Positions 17,864 through 25,304 of a stretch of DNA of 64,000 nucleotides are shown one piece after another. Location of the stretch: positions 1,717 to 65,716 of the forward strand of contig CAZMFQ010000011.1 in the NCBI GenBank assembly GCA_964565645.1. Reading direction: 5' to 3'. How positions within the stretch are numbered: the stretch's first letter is position 1; every line of letters begins with the position of its first letter. This DNA is from an uncultured Eubacteriales bacterium. GTDB taxonomy: Bacteria > Actinomycetota > Coriobacteriia > Anaerosomatales > JAHIQC01. Position numbers and translations under genes: made by a program. The notes under the pieces are model-generated. The model saw nothing but the letters and a program-made list of their open reading frames with translations, was not told the origin of the DNA and searched no databases.

Positions 17864-18304
17864 TTGGTGGCAGACGTGGGGCAGGATATTGAAGGCTCGG
17901 GTGCCGCGATAGTCGCCCGACCGTGGTATCCCCCGTTCCTCGCTGGCTTGCTCACCGCATCGATTTCGCTCGCAGCCTCATGGGTGGCGATGGTCGTGGT
18001 AGGACTACATGGATTGGCCTCGTATGCCTTCATCGTCTGCGGCGCGCTCATCTCTTGGGGAATCGGAAGTGCGCTCTCGCGCATGCGAGGCCTTGACGAT
18101 CTGGACCACTGGCCCCACTGGCCGCTCAGCCTTGGCACCGTGCTTCCCCTCTTCGGATTCATCGGCTTCACCTACATGAGGGTCGAGTGGTTCGGATGGC
18201 ACGAATCTGTGTCGATGGAGTCGGTGTTCTACCCCGCACTGGCGTTCTCCATCGCCATGAGGCCCGCGGTGAAGCTCAGGCGCGCAGGGGGCAATGCCAA
18301 CTAG
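17864..18304 (+). CDS. Hypothetical membrane protein (cassette, copy 2)
   Basis: 3 aa differences from 8210..8650. Confidence 0.78.
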   Translation: MVADVGQDIEGSGAAIVARPWYPPFLAGLLTASISLAASWVAMVVVGLHGLASYAFIVCGALISWGIGSALSRMRGLDDLDHWPHWPLSLGTVLPLFGFIGFTYMRVEWFGWHESVSMESVFYPALAFSIAMRPAVKLRRAGGNAN

Positions 18305-18312
18305 GGCGTATT

Positions 18313-18396
18313 GCCGAACTGGCGCTTCGAGCAGAGCGCCAGGAGCGATATTGTGATGAGAGCACTGAGCCACTGCTCAAGCGCAACACGTTCGAC
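18313..18396 (+). repeat. attC site 27 (family A, several substitutions)
   Basis: GCCGAAC...GTTCGAC. Confidence 0.9.
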
Positions 18397-18620
18397 GGAG
18401 GGTGTGGCGCACGGAGTCGAGACGTGAACCGGTCGGCGCCCGCGGCGACGTAGCTCGACGACGGGTTCACCTTCCTTCCAGCGACCCCTCGAGACCGTCC
18501 AGGATAGGCGGACCCCAGGGACGCTCGTGTGGCACAACGCCCTCACGCCCATTGTGACCGTGATCTCGCGCGCCGCCGACTAGGACATCCTCGAATCTCC
18601 AGACTCCCGCGAATCTGCAC

Positions 18621-18668
18621 TTGCATCTTGATTCTAACAGCGTTAGAGTGGACTCTAACAGCGTTAGA
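18621..18668 (+). promoter_or_regulatory. Sigma70-type promoter TTGCAT-N17-TAGAGT overlapped by two TCTAACAGCGTTAGA operators
   Basis: Identical 15-bp dyads at 18633-18647 and 18654-18668, upstream of tetR. Confidence 0.75.
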
Positions 18669-18708
18669 ATCCCGGCGCATACGCCGAGATTCGAGGTCCA
18701 AGGGAGCG

Positions 18709-19383
18709 ATGATGAACGCACGTGCGACCCGCAGTGGTGAACCGCGCGACACCCTGACTCGCGAACGCGTGCTACGCGCCGCGATCGAGTTGGCGGACGA
18801 GCGCGGCATCGACGCGCTCACCATGCGCGAGCTCGCGAGGAAGCTCGGCGTCGAAGGGGGCTCGCTCTACTACCATGTCGCGGGCAAAGGCGACCTTCTC
18901 GACGGTATGACGGATCTCGTCGCGGCAGAGATCGAAGTGCCCTCGGGGTCCTCGGACTGGAAAGAAGCCATGCGGCGGCGCGCGATCTCCGCGCGCGACG
19001 TCTTCTCGCGGCATCCATGGGCGAGCGGAGTCATAGACTCTCGTGAGCACAGCGGGCCGGCCCAGCTGGCCTATGCCGACCGTGTCCTAGGAACGCTGCT
19101 CGCGGCCGGTTTCACGCCGCGGGCGGCCGCCAACGCGTTCCTGATCCTCGACAGCTACATCCACGGCTTCCAGCGCCAGCAATCTAGTCTGGCACTACCT
19201 GAGGGTGTGGAGACGTTCGACGTCGCCGAGGAACTGCTCGCGGAACTCACGCCCGACGCGTACCCGTCTCTGCTGACCATCGCGGCCGACTTCGCTACGG
19301 ACCCGCACGACGAGACGAGCCTTTTCGAGTTCGGTCTCGATCTCATCCTCGACGGTCTCCAGCGCTCGCTCGAATCCCAGTGA
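18709..19383 (+). CDS. TetR family regulator (TetR_C type)
   Basis: LTRERVLRAAIELADERGIDALTMRELARKLGVEGGSLYYHV; FEFGLDLILDGL. Confidence 0.92.
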   Translation: MMNARATRSGEPRDTLTRERVLRAAIELADERGIDALTMRELARKLGVEGGSLYYHVAGKGDLLDGMTDLVAAEIEVPSGSSDWKEAMRRRAISARDVFSRHPWASGVIDSREHSGPAQLAYADRVLGTLLAAGFTPRAAANAFLILDSYIHGFQRQQSSLALPEGVETFDVAEELLAELTPDAYPSLLTIAADFATDPHDETSLFEFGLDLILDGLQRSLESQ

Positions 19384-19445
19384 TCCCCCGCTCAGCGCTC
19401 GGCGCCGCCGGCGTCGCGCGAGCGGCCGAAGAAAGGAATGGCGTC

Positions 19446-20414
19446 ATGAATGCGATCGTCCAAACCGGCTACGGCTCCTCGGATGTGATCGAGTGCCGGC
19501 AGATCGACAAGCCCGCACCGGGTGACGGGCAGGTGCTCGTCCGCGTGATGGCGACCTCGCTCGCGGCGGGCGAGTACTTCGGCATGCGAGGCAAGCCGGT
19601 CCCGATCCGCTTGTACATGGGGCTTCTCAAGCCCAAGCCCGGCTTCGTCGTCGGCATCTCGTTCGCGGGGGTCGTCGAGTCCGTCGGCGGCAAAGTGACC
19701 GAGTTCCGCCCGGGCGACGAGGTCTACGGCGAGTGCCACGGCTCGTGCGCCGAGTTCGCGGTCGCCGATGTCGGCTCCATCGCGCCGAAGCCCCGCAACC
19801 TGACGTTCGAGCAGGCGGCGGCGGTGCCCACGTCCGCGTGTACGGCACTCCAGGCCCTCCGCGACCACGGCAAGGTCCGCCCGGGACACAAGGTGCTCAT
19901 CAACGGCGCGTCGGGTGGCGTCGGGACCTTCGCGGTGCAGATCGCGAAGGCGCTCGGTGCAGAGGTGACCGGGGTCTGCAGCACGGGCAACGTCGAGATG
20001 GTCCGCTCGCTCGGCGCCGACCACGTCATCGACTACACAAAGGAAGACTTCACCAAAGGCAGCGCGCGCTACGACGTGATTCTGGACAACGTGGGCAGCC
20101 ACTCGCTCTCGGACACCAGGCGCGTGCTCGAGCCCGACGGGCTGCTGCTGCCGAGCAGCGGGCACGCCGGTATGAGTTGGGTGATCGCCGCGGCGATCTC
20201 CTCGATGTTCGTCCGGCAGCAGGGTCGGGTCTTCATGGCTCTCACCGACACCCAGAGCCTGCTCGCGCTGAGTGAGCTCATCGAGGCCGGCACGGTGACG
20301 CCGGTCATCGATAGGACGTATCTGCTGAGTGAGACCGCGCGCGCCTTCGAGTACCTGGACGAGGGACATGCGCGCGCGAAGGTCGTTGTATCCGTGGCAG
20401 CGAGCGCAGCATGA
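19446..20414 (+). CDS. NAD(P)-dependent oxidoreductase (MDR / quinone oxidoreductase-like)
   Basis: GHKVLINGASGGVGTFAVQIAK; ADHVIDYT; VTPVIDRTY. Confidence 0.9.
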   Translation: MNAIVQTGYGSSDVIECRQIDKPAPGDGQVLVRVMATSLAAGEYFGMRGKPVPIRLYMGLLKPKPGFVVGISFAGVVESVGGKVTEFRPGDEVYGECHGSCAEFAVADVGSIAPKPRNLTFEQAAAVPTSACTALQALRDHGKVRPGHKVLINGASGGVGTFAVQIAKALGAEVTGVCSTGNVEMVRSLGADHVIDYTKEDFTKGSARYDVILDNVGSHSLSDTRRVLEPDGLLLPSSGHAGMSWVIAAAISSMFVRQQGRVFMALTDTQSLLALSELIEAGTVTPVIDRTYLLSETARAFEYLDEGHARAKVVVSVAASAA

Positions 20415-20815
20415 GCGCTTCTGCCGGAGGGGGCGTGGGAACGATGGTCGATGTGAGGGTCATCCTGTCGGCTCTGTGGGGATCCCTGATGCTGGTATTC
20501 CTGCTTGGGGACGTGCTTCGGATCTTTGCGGGGGACTACACGGCGGGTGAGCTGGCGGGCGTCCCGGCGTCTCAACCGATGTGGGTCGGTGTCGCGGCGA
20601 TGATGTCGACTCCGATTCTGATGATGGTGCTGTCTCTCGTGGTGCCGTATCCGGCGATCCGGTGGGTCTGCATCGTCGCGGCGGGCGCCTGGGTGGTCTT
20701 GAACCTTATGGGCCTGCCGTACCCGGGTGCGTACGACAACTTCCTTATCGGCGTCGGCGTCATCGTGTGTGGGGCGATCATCTGGTACGCGTGGACGTGG
20801 TCGGTGGTCGGATAG
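20411..20815 (+). CDS. DUF6326-like membrane protein
   Basis: LSALWGSLMLVFLLGDVLRIF; 4 TM; coupled to upstream gene. Confidence 0.7.
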   Translation: MSASAGGGVGTMVDVRVILSALWGSLMLVFLLGDVLRIFAGDYTAGELAGVPASQPMWVGVAAMMSTPILMMVLSLVVPYPAIRWVCIVAAGAWVVLNLMGLPYPGAYDNFLIGVGVIVCGAIIWYAWTWSVVG

Positions 20816-20954
20816 CAGTGGTCACGCCGTCCAGCATGCTTATGTGTCAGCGGCGCAAGCCGCCCGGCGCTTGCGGGGTACGGCGCTGTCGTGCAAGAAG
20901 CGTGTCGCCCCATTGGCGCACGCACATCCGGTGAGGCGCCGGGTACTCCAATCA

Positions 20955-21031
20955 CCCAGACAATCGCGCAGAACGGCCAGGAACGTTAGACTCATGAAGG
21001 CGCTGGGCCGCTCAAGCGCAACACGCTAGCC
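20955..21031 (+). repeat. attC site 28 (degenerate family A)
   Basis: Keeps aacggccaggaacgttagactcatgaaggcgctgggccgctcaagcgcaacac; core mutated to GCTAGCC; left arm eroded. Confidence 0.75.
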
Positions 21032-21068
21032 ATAGCCGGGAGGCGTTCGTCGACGGGGGGTCGCGGCG

Positions 21069-21212
21069 ATGAGTGACAGGAATCCGAATCCGAACGACTG
21101 GAATCGCGACTACACCGTTGGCACAGGCCGCAGCCCGGTGATGTTCTGGCTGGGCATGGGCTTCATCCTGCTCGTGTTCGGCGGCGCGGCGATCGGCTAC
21201 TTCTTCTACTGA
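21069..21212 (+). CDS. 47-aa small membrane protein (cassette; not in ORF track)
   Basis: MSDRNPNPNDWNRDYTVGTGRSPVMFWLGMGFILLVFGGAAIGYFFY*; only ORF between attC28 and attC29. Confidence 0.65.
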   Translation: MSDRNPNPNDWNRDYTVGTGRSPVMFWLGMGFILLVFGGAAIGYFFY

Positions 21213-21234
21213 GCGCGCGTGTCGTGAATGGCAT

Positions 21235-21339
21235 GGCTAGAAGGCGTTTCGACGCGATTCACCTTGGCCGTGTGCGGTATCGTGAGTCGTGACAGCGCGT
21301 GGGGCCTGCGGTTCACGGGTCAACGCACAGACGTTGGCG
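21235..21339 (+). repeat. attC site 29 (105 bp, family B, mutated R'')
   Basis: GGCTAGA...GTTGGCG. Confidence 0.82.
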
Positions 21340-21345
21340 GGACGC

Positions 21346-21750
21346 CTACACGCGTTTCGCGCTGTGCGAGCGGACCCAGTCCGCGAGCTCCGGCTCATCG
21401 AGTGTCGCGGAGGCCAAGGCGACCATCGTGGTCACCACGTCGGACTCCTCGGCAGTGAACTTAAGACCGTTCAGTCCCAGGAACACTGCCATCGCCACAA
21501 AGGCCAGGCGCTTGTTGCCGTCGATGTAGGGATGGTTGCTCGACAGCCCGAACCCGTATGCCGCCGCAAGTCCGGCCAGGTCCGTGGACGGTTCATGTGC
21601 CAGCTTCTGGCGTGGGCGCGCCAGTGCGGATTCGAGTCGGCCCTCGTCTCGCAGCCCCGGCAGCCCTCCGTGGGTGAGCAGCATATCGGTGTGCACCGCG
21701 TCGATGACCACCCGCGTGACCCAGCGCGGTTCTTGGTTGCTGTGAGCCAT
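21346..21750 (-). CDS. doc: Fic/Doc family toxin (copy 2)
   Basis: HPYIDGNKR; diverged paralog of 3221..3625. Confidence 0.92.
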   Translation of the reverse strand: MAHSNQEPRWVTRVVIDAVHTDMLLTHGGLPGLRDEGRLESALARPRQKLAHEPSTDLAGLAAAYGFGLSSNHPYIDGNKRLAFVAMAVFLGLNGLKFTAEESDVVTTMVALASATLDEPELADWVRSHSAKRV

Positions 21751-21753
21751 GGG

Positions 21754-21981
21754 TTACTTGGCAAGCTCGTGCAATGCGTTGCGGTACGTGCGGGCCACGC
21801 TCGACGCGATCGCGAGCGCTTCTTCGGTGTCAGGATCGTAGGGGGTGAGCAGGATCCCACGATCCGTCTCAATGGCGATCACCGTGTCGCCGGCCTCGAG
21901 TTTGAGCCTGTCCGCCATGTCCTTGGGCAGCGTGGCGGCAATCGAGCCGCCAGCGCGCCGCAGTTTCACTTCCTGAGTCAT
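21754..21981 (-). CDS. AbrB/MazE family antitoxin (copy 2)
   Basis: MTQEVKLRRAGGSIAATLPKD; GGAGG RBS. Confidence 0.9.
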   Translation of the reverse strand: MTQEVKLRRAGGSIAATLPKDMADRLKLEAGDTVIAIETDRGILLTPYDPDTEEALAIASSVARTYRNALHELAK

Positions 21982-22011
21982 CTTCAGGCCTCCGTCGATA
22001 GGGTCACACCG

Positions 22012-22033
22012 ATTGTAGCATACTTGTGCTACA
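22012..22033 (-). promoter_or_regulatory. TA operator/extended -10 (copy 2)
   Basis: ATTGTAGCATACTTGTGCTACA, identical to 3886-3907. Confidence 0.7.
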
Positions 22034-22041
22034 CAACCGCC

Positions 22042-22125
22042 CGCTAACTCGCGCTTCGAGCAGACGGCCAGGAGCGGCGTCTTGATGGAGGCGCTGAACG
22101 CCTGCTCAAGCGCAACATGTTGGGC
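22042..22125 (+). repeat. attC site 30 (family A, diverged)
   Basis: CGCTAAC...GTTGGGC. Confidence 0.9.
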
Positions 22126-22190
22126 ACACCCGGCTATGTGGCCACCCTCCGCAACTAGCGCCCCGCTAGGCACTGGCCCAAGGCATCCTG

Positions 22191-23171
22191 CTAGCCGGCG
22201 ACGGGCGATGCTGCTTCGCTCTGCGCCTCGCACCACCTGGCGTGCATCGAATCGTAGTGCCCGTACATGAACGGGCAGCGCTTGATGCACAACGTGCACC
22301 CGTCCATCGTGCTGAAAGGCACCGCGCACTTTGCGTGGTCGATGAAGACCGGGCCGCCTTCGGGGGCCTCTCGCGGTTCCAGATAGATAGCGTCAGCGGG
22401 GCAGTGCTTCACGCAGGCGTTGCACGTGTCGCAGTAGTCGCGGACCCAGGAGTGGGGATTCTCCTCGGCGAACCGCAGGTTCTCGATGTCGGTGTAGACG
22501 GCGGCCAGTCGAACACGGGGACCGTAGGCCTTGGTGATGATCATGCCGTTCTTGCCGACCTCGCCAAGGCCGGCATCACGCGCAATGGGAACGAAGCTAC
22601 CTTCGCTTCCCAGCGCCGGACCCGCATGAGCGTTGAAGCCGCGCTCGCGCAGGAAGTCAGACAGTTGGTTCACGACGTGACCCAGCTTGTAGTACGTGCG
22701 AAAGATCTCTAGGAAGGTCGGCACGCTGGGGGCCTGCTTGATCTTCTCGAAATCCATCTCCATCGTGAACACGATGGCGTTGGGATACAGGATGCTCAGG
22801 TCCTTGAAGATGTAGTCGGGGTTCACCCGCGTGTACCCGATGTCCGAGACACCCAGCGAGCGAGCGTAGTCCTCTAACTCAACCAGCGTCTCCGGCGCCA
22901 CCTCCACGTTTCCGAGCCGCGGGTTCTCACGGATGCTCACGTTGGCCCTGCGCAACTCGCGAATGTTGATGGCCATCAGTCTCCAGATGCGGCCGATTCG
23001 TCTGACGCGGCCCCATAGGCTGCCGTAGTCCAGAATCACCAGTGGGACGAGACGGGGGTATCGCGCATTGGGTCCACTGTGAAGAGGATGGTCGCCTTCC
23101 CGCAGGTAGTGGTCCTTGTTGAGGAACCAGGGCGGGCGGCGGAACCTCTCGGAGAGCAGCGGTCGCTTCAC
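22191..23171 (-). CDS. Reductive dehalogenase/QueG-like 2x[4Fe-4S] protein (probably cobalamin-binding), no TAT signal
   Basis: ARDAGLGEVGKNGMIIT..GPRVRLAAVYTD; CxxCxxCxxxCP and Cx9CxxCxxxCP; GTG 23171 after AGGAGG. Confidence 0.8.
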   Translation of the reverse strand: MKRPLLSERFRRPPWFLNKDHYLREGDHPLHSGPNARYPRLVPLVILDYGSLWGRVRRIGRIWRLMAINIRELRRANVSIRENPRLGNVEVAPETLVELEDYARSLGVSDIGYTRVNPDYIFKDLSILYPNAIVFTMEMDFEKIKQAPSVPTFLEIFRTYYKLGHVVNQLSDFLRERGFNAHAGPALGSEGSFVPIARDAGLGEVGKNGMIITKAYGPRVRLAAVYTDIENLRFAEENPHSWVRDYCDTCNACVKHCPADAIYLEPREAPEGGPVFIDHAKCAVPFSTMDGCTLCIKRCPFMYGHYDSMHARWCEAQSEAASPVAG

Positions 23172-23181
23172 GGTCGACCTC

Positions 23182-23757
23182 CTATTGAGTGGGGCGCCAG
23201 CGGGCGAGTAGCGCGTCCACGTGAAGCGGGATGAAGTCGCGCGAGACGATGCGGCCGGCGATGAACCTCTCGTAGAAGAACGGTCCGGCAATCAGCGACA
23301 GGGCCGTTTCGAAGGGCACGTCCATCGCGATGGTTGCCCGAGCCACCTCTCGCTGCAGCAGACGCATCATTTCGTCCTCGGCGTGCGCGAGTACCCCGTC
23401 GAGGAAGGAGCGCATCTCCGGTTCCCAGTCCGCACGTGCGATGAGCGATGACATCGCGAGGGCACTCGGCGATTCCAGTCGGGAGCAGAGCGTTTCGAGC
23501 ATGAACACGAGGCCATCGCGGAGTGAGAGATCCTCGGGTACTCCAATCGACAGCGACAGCGCCTCGAGGGCCTCAAGCATGAGACTCTGGCGATCCGGCC
23601 AGTGTCGGTAGACAGTAGCGCGCCCGATACCTGCGCGCTCTGCCACACGCTGGTGGGTGATCGCCTCAGGACCATCCTCTTGAAGCAATTCAAGCGCTGC
23701 CGCGGTGACGAGTTCTCTTGTACGCTCGATTCTGGGGTCGGTGACAGTGAGGCCCAT
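23182..23757 (-). CDS. TetR/AcrR family regulator
   Basis: RIERTRELVTAAALELLQEDGPEAITHQRVAERAGIGRATVYRHW. Confidence 0.9.
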   Translation of the reverse strand: MGLTVTDPRIERTRELVTAAALELLQEDGPEAITHQRVAERAGIGRATVYRHWPDRQSLMLEALEALSLSIGVPEDLSLRDGLVFMLETLCSRLESPSALAMSSLIARADWEPEMRSFLDGVLAHAEDEMMRLLQREVARATIAMDVPFETALSLIAGPFFYERFIAGRIVSRDFIPLHVDALLARWRPTQ

Positions 23758-23792
23758 GGTGTACTCCAGAGAAAGGAAGGGAAGTCCGCGAA

Positions 23793-23837
23793 TTATGATA
23801 CAGGTTGTCTCGTTATGATACAAGACGTCTCATTATG
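23793..23837 (-). promoter_or_regulatory. Promoter TTGTAT-N17-TATCAT (minus strand) within tandem 20-bp repeats; likely TetR operators
   Basis: ttatgatacaggttgtctcg / ttatgatacaagacgtctca / ttatg. Confidence 0.65.
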
Positions 23838-23862
23838 CGTGATTGGCAAGCTGAGTGCGGGT

Positions 23863-23963
23863 GTCCAACAAACGCATAGACACCGACAAGCCGGTCGGGT
23901 GAGGTAGACTCAGTGGCAAGCGCGCAGGAGCCGGTTTGCGGGTCATGCGCAAACACGTAAGGC
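23863..23963 (+). repeat. attC site 31 (101 bp, diverged)
   Basis: GTCCAAC-aaacgcatagacaccgacaagccgg...ccggtttgcgggtcatgcgcaaacac-GTAAGGC. Confidence 0.78.
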
Positions 23964-23984
23964 AGAGCGCTGGGGGGCGGAAAG

Positions 23985-24164
23985 ATGCCAATACTGGGGG
24001 ATCCGCAAGGCACGCAGGCGCGGGCGATTGATACCGAGCGCAAGTACCCCGCGGCCCGGGCCCAGGAGCCACCACCCTCCTACCGTCGCAAGCAGCTACT
24101 CGTGCTCGCGGCACTGATCGGGGTCCCGGCGCTGGTATACGCGTTCACTCGGTTGCTCGGTTGA
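23985..24164 (+). CDS. 59-aa small protein with C-terminal TM helix (cassette; not in ORF track)
   Basis: MPILGDPQG...RRKQLLVLAALIGVPALVYAFTRLLG*; fills the cassette between attC31 and attC32. Confidence 0.6.
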   Translation: MPILGDPQGTQARAIDTERKYPAARAQEPPPSYRRKQLLVLAALIGVPALVYAFTRLLG

Positions 24165-24170
24165 GTGCCT

Positions 24171-24254
24171 GCCCAACTAGCGCTTAGAGCAGACGGCCAG
24201 GAGCGGTATTGTGATGAGAGTGCTGGGCGTCTGCTCAAGCACAACACCATAGGC
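24171..24254 (+). repeat. attC site 32 (family A, core mutated)
   Basis: GCCCAAC...CATAGGC. Confidence 0.85.
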
Positions 24255-24282
24255 ATCCACGTCTGCGAGTCGGGTGATCCAT

Positions 24283-24555
24283 ATGTGCCGCAACATTCAC
24301 GTTCTGTTCAACTTCGAACCTCCCGCGACCGACGAGGAGATTCGGGCCGCCGCCGCGCAGTACGTGCGCAAGATCAGCGGCTATGCCAAGCCGTCGGCGG
24401 CGAACGAGGCAGCTTTCAACCGTGGCATCGATGAGATCGCACAGGCATCCGCTCGCATGCTCGACTCTCTGGTCACAGCCGCCCCGCCCCGCGATCGTGA
24501 GCGCGAGGCAGAGAAGGCTCGTGAGCGGGCTCGTCATCGATTCGGTGATGCCTAG
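24283..24555 (+). CDS. DUF2277 family protein (cassette)
   Basis: MCRNIHVLFNFEPPATDEEIRAAAAQYVRKISG. Confidence 0.88.
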   Translation: MCRNIHVLFNFEPPATDEEIRAAAAQYVRKISGYAKPSAANEAAFNRGIDEIAQASARMLDSLVTAAPPRDREREAEKARERARHRFGDA

Positions 24556-24641
24556 CGGGCGTTTCGACCCGATGAGCCTTGGCCGTGTCAGGTATCGTGA
24601 GTGGCAGCATGGGCCGCTGCTCACGCCGAAACACGTTAGGC
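24550..24641 (+). repeat. attC site 33 (family B, internally shortened, R'' mutated)
   Basis: GCCTAGC-gggcgtttcgacccgatgagccttggcc...GTTAGGC. Confidence 0.78.
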
Positions 24642-24741
24642 GCAGGAGGGAGGGCTAGATGCGCGGGCTCGTGAAGTCGCTCCTCGTGATCTGGTTGGTG
24701 ATGGGCCGCGGATAGAAGGCAACACGTCGGACACGATACGG

Positions 24742-25293
24742 ATGGGTCTGGGGAGTGTATCGATGGCGGAGCACGAACAGGAGAGGGAGTACCTCCTGGC
24801 TGAGTTCAGCGAATCGTTCCAGCATCTGGGCAAGCTGGATGACCGTCGATTCGAGATCCTGCAGTTCTACTCGGCCTTCATCGCTGCCGTGGTTGCCGCC
24901 TCGGCAGCGATACTCGGCCTCGAAGCCCTCTCATCCGCGTACCGGGTCGTCGGGGTCGCTTCCCTGCTCCTGGTTTCAGCGCTCGTCTCGTGGGCGATCG
25001 GACAGGTGCTCCGGAGTGAGCGGGCGGCGACCGAGCGCTACCGAAACAAGCTGAACGCGATTCGTTGCGTGCTTCTGTCGGGGGAGCGCTCCCCTGAGAT
25101 GAACGAGTTCATCGCGAAGGGAAGCCGCATCTCGATCGGTCTGACTGACATTGCGCACAAGCATCTGCGTTTCTGGGACATCTTCTTCAGGCAGAGGCAC
25201 TGCACTGCGCTCTACATCAAGGTGTTGATCGACGTCGGGTTCGCCCTTTCGCTGGTAGCGGCGATCGTTCTCCTGCTGAAGGCCTTCATCTAG
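24742..25293 (+). CDS. Hypothetical membrane protein (last cassette)
   Basis: 2 TM hairpin, soluble loop, C-terminal TM. Confidence 0.72.
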   Translation: MGLGSVSMAEHEQEREYLLAEFSESFQHLGKLDDRRFEILQFYSAFIAAVVAASAAILGLEALSSAYRVVGVASLLLVSALVSWAIGQVLRSERAATERYRNKLNAIRCVLLSGERSPEMNEFIAKGSRISIGLTDIAHKHLRFWDIFFRQRHCTALYIKVLIDVGFALSLVAAIVLLLKAFI

Positions 25294-25304
25294 TCCGAGC
25301 TCGT

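Noticed and set aside
5150-18453. ORF-track proteins containing MKALSRCSSATR, NVLRLSSGSALS or ELALRADGQER
   Set aside because: These are translations of the attC repeat itself. The long starts of 13389, 13987, 9909 and 1920 begin inside or upstream of attC and were trimmed.
840-24254. 84-bp repeats as a CRISPR array or REP/BIME elements
   Set aside because: Repeats are too long, intervening segments are 0.2-2.6 kb and protein-coding, no cas genes are present, and the attC architecture is explicit.
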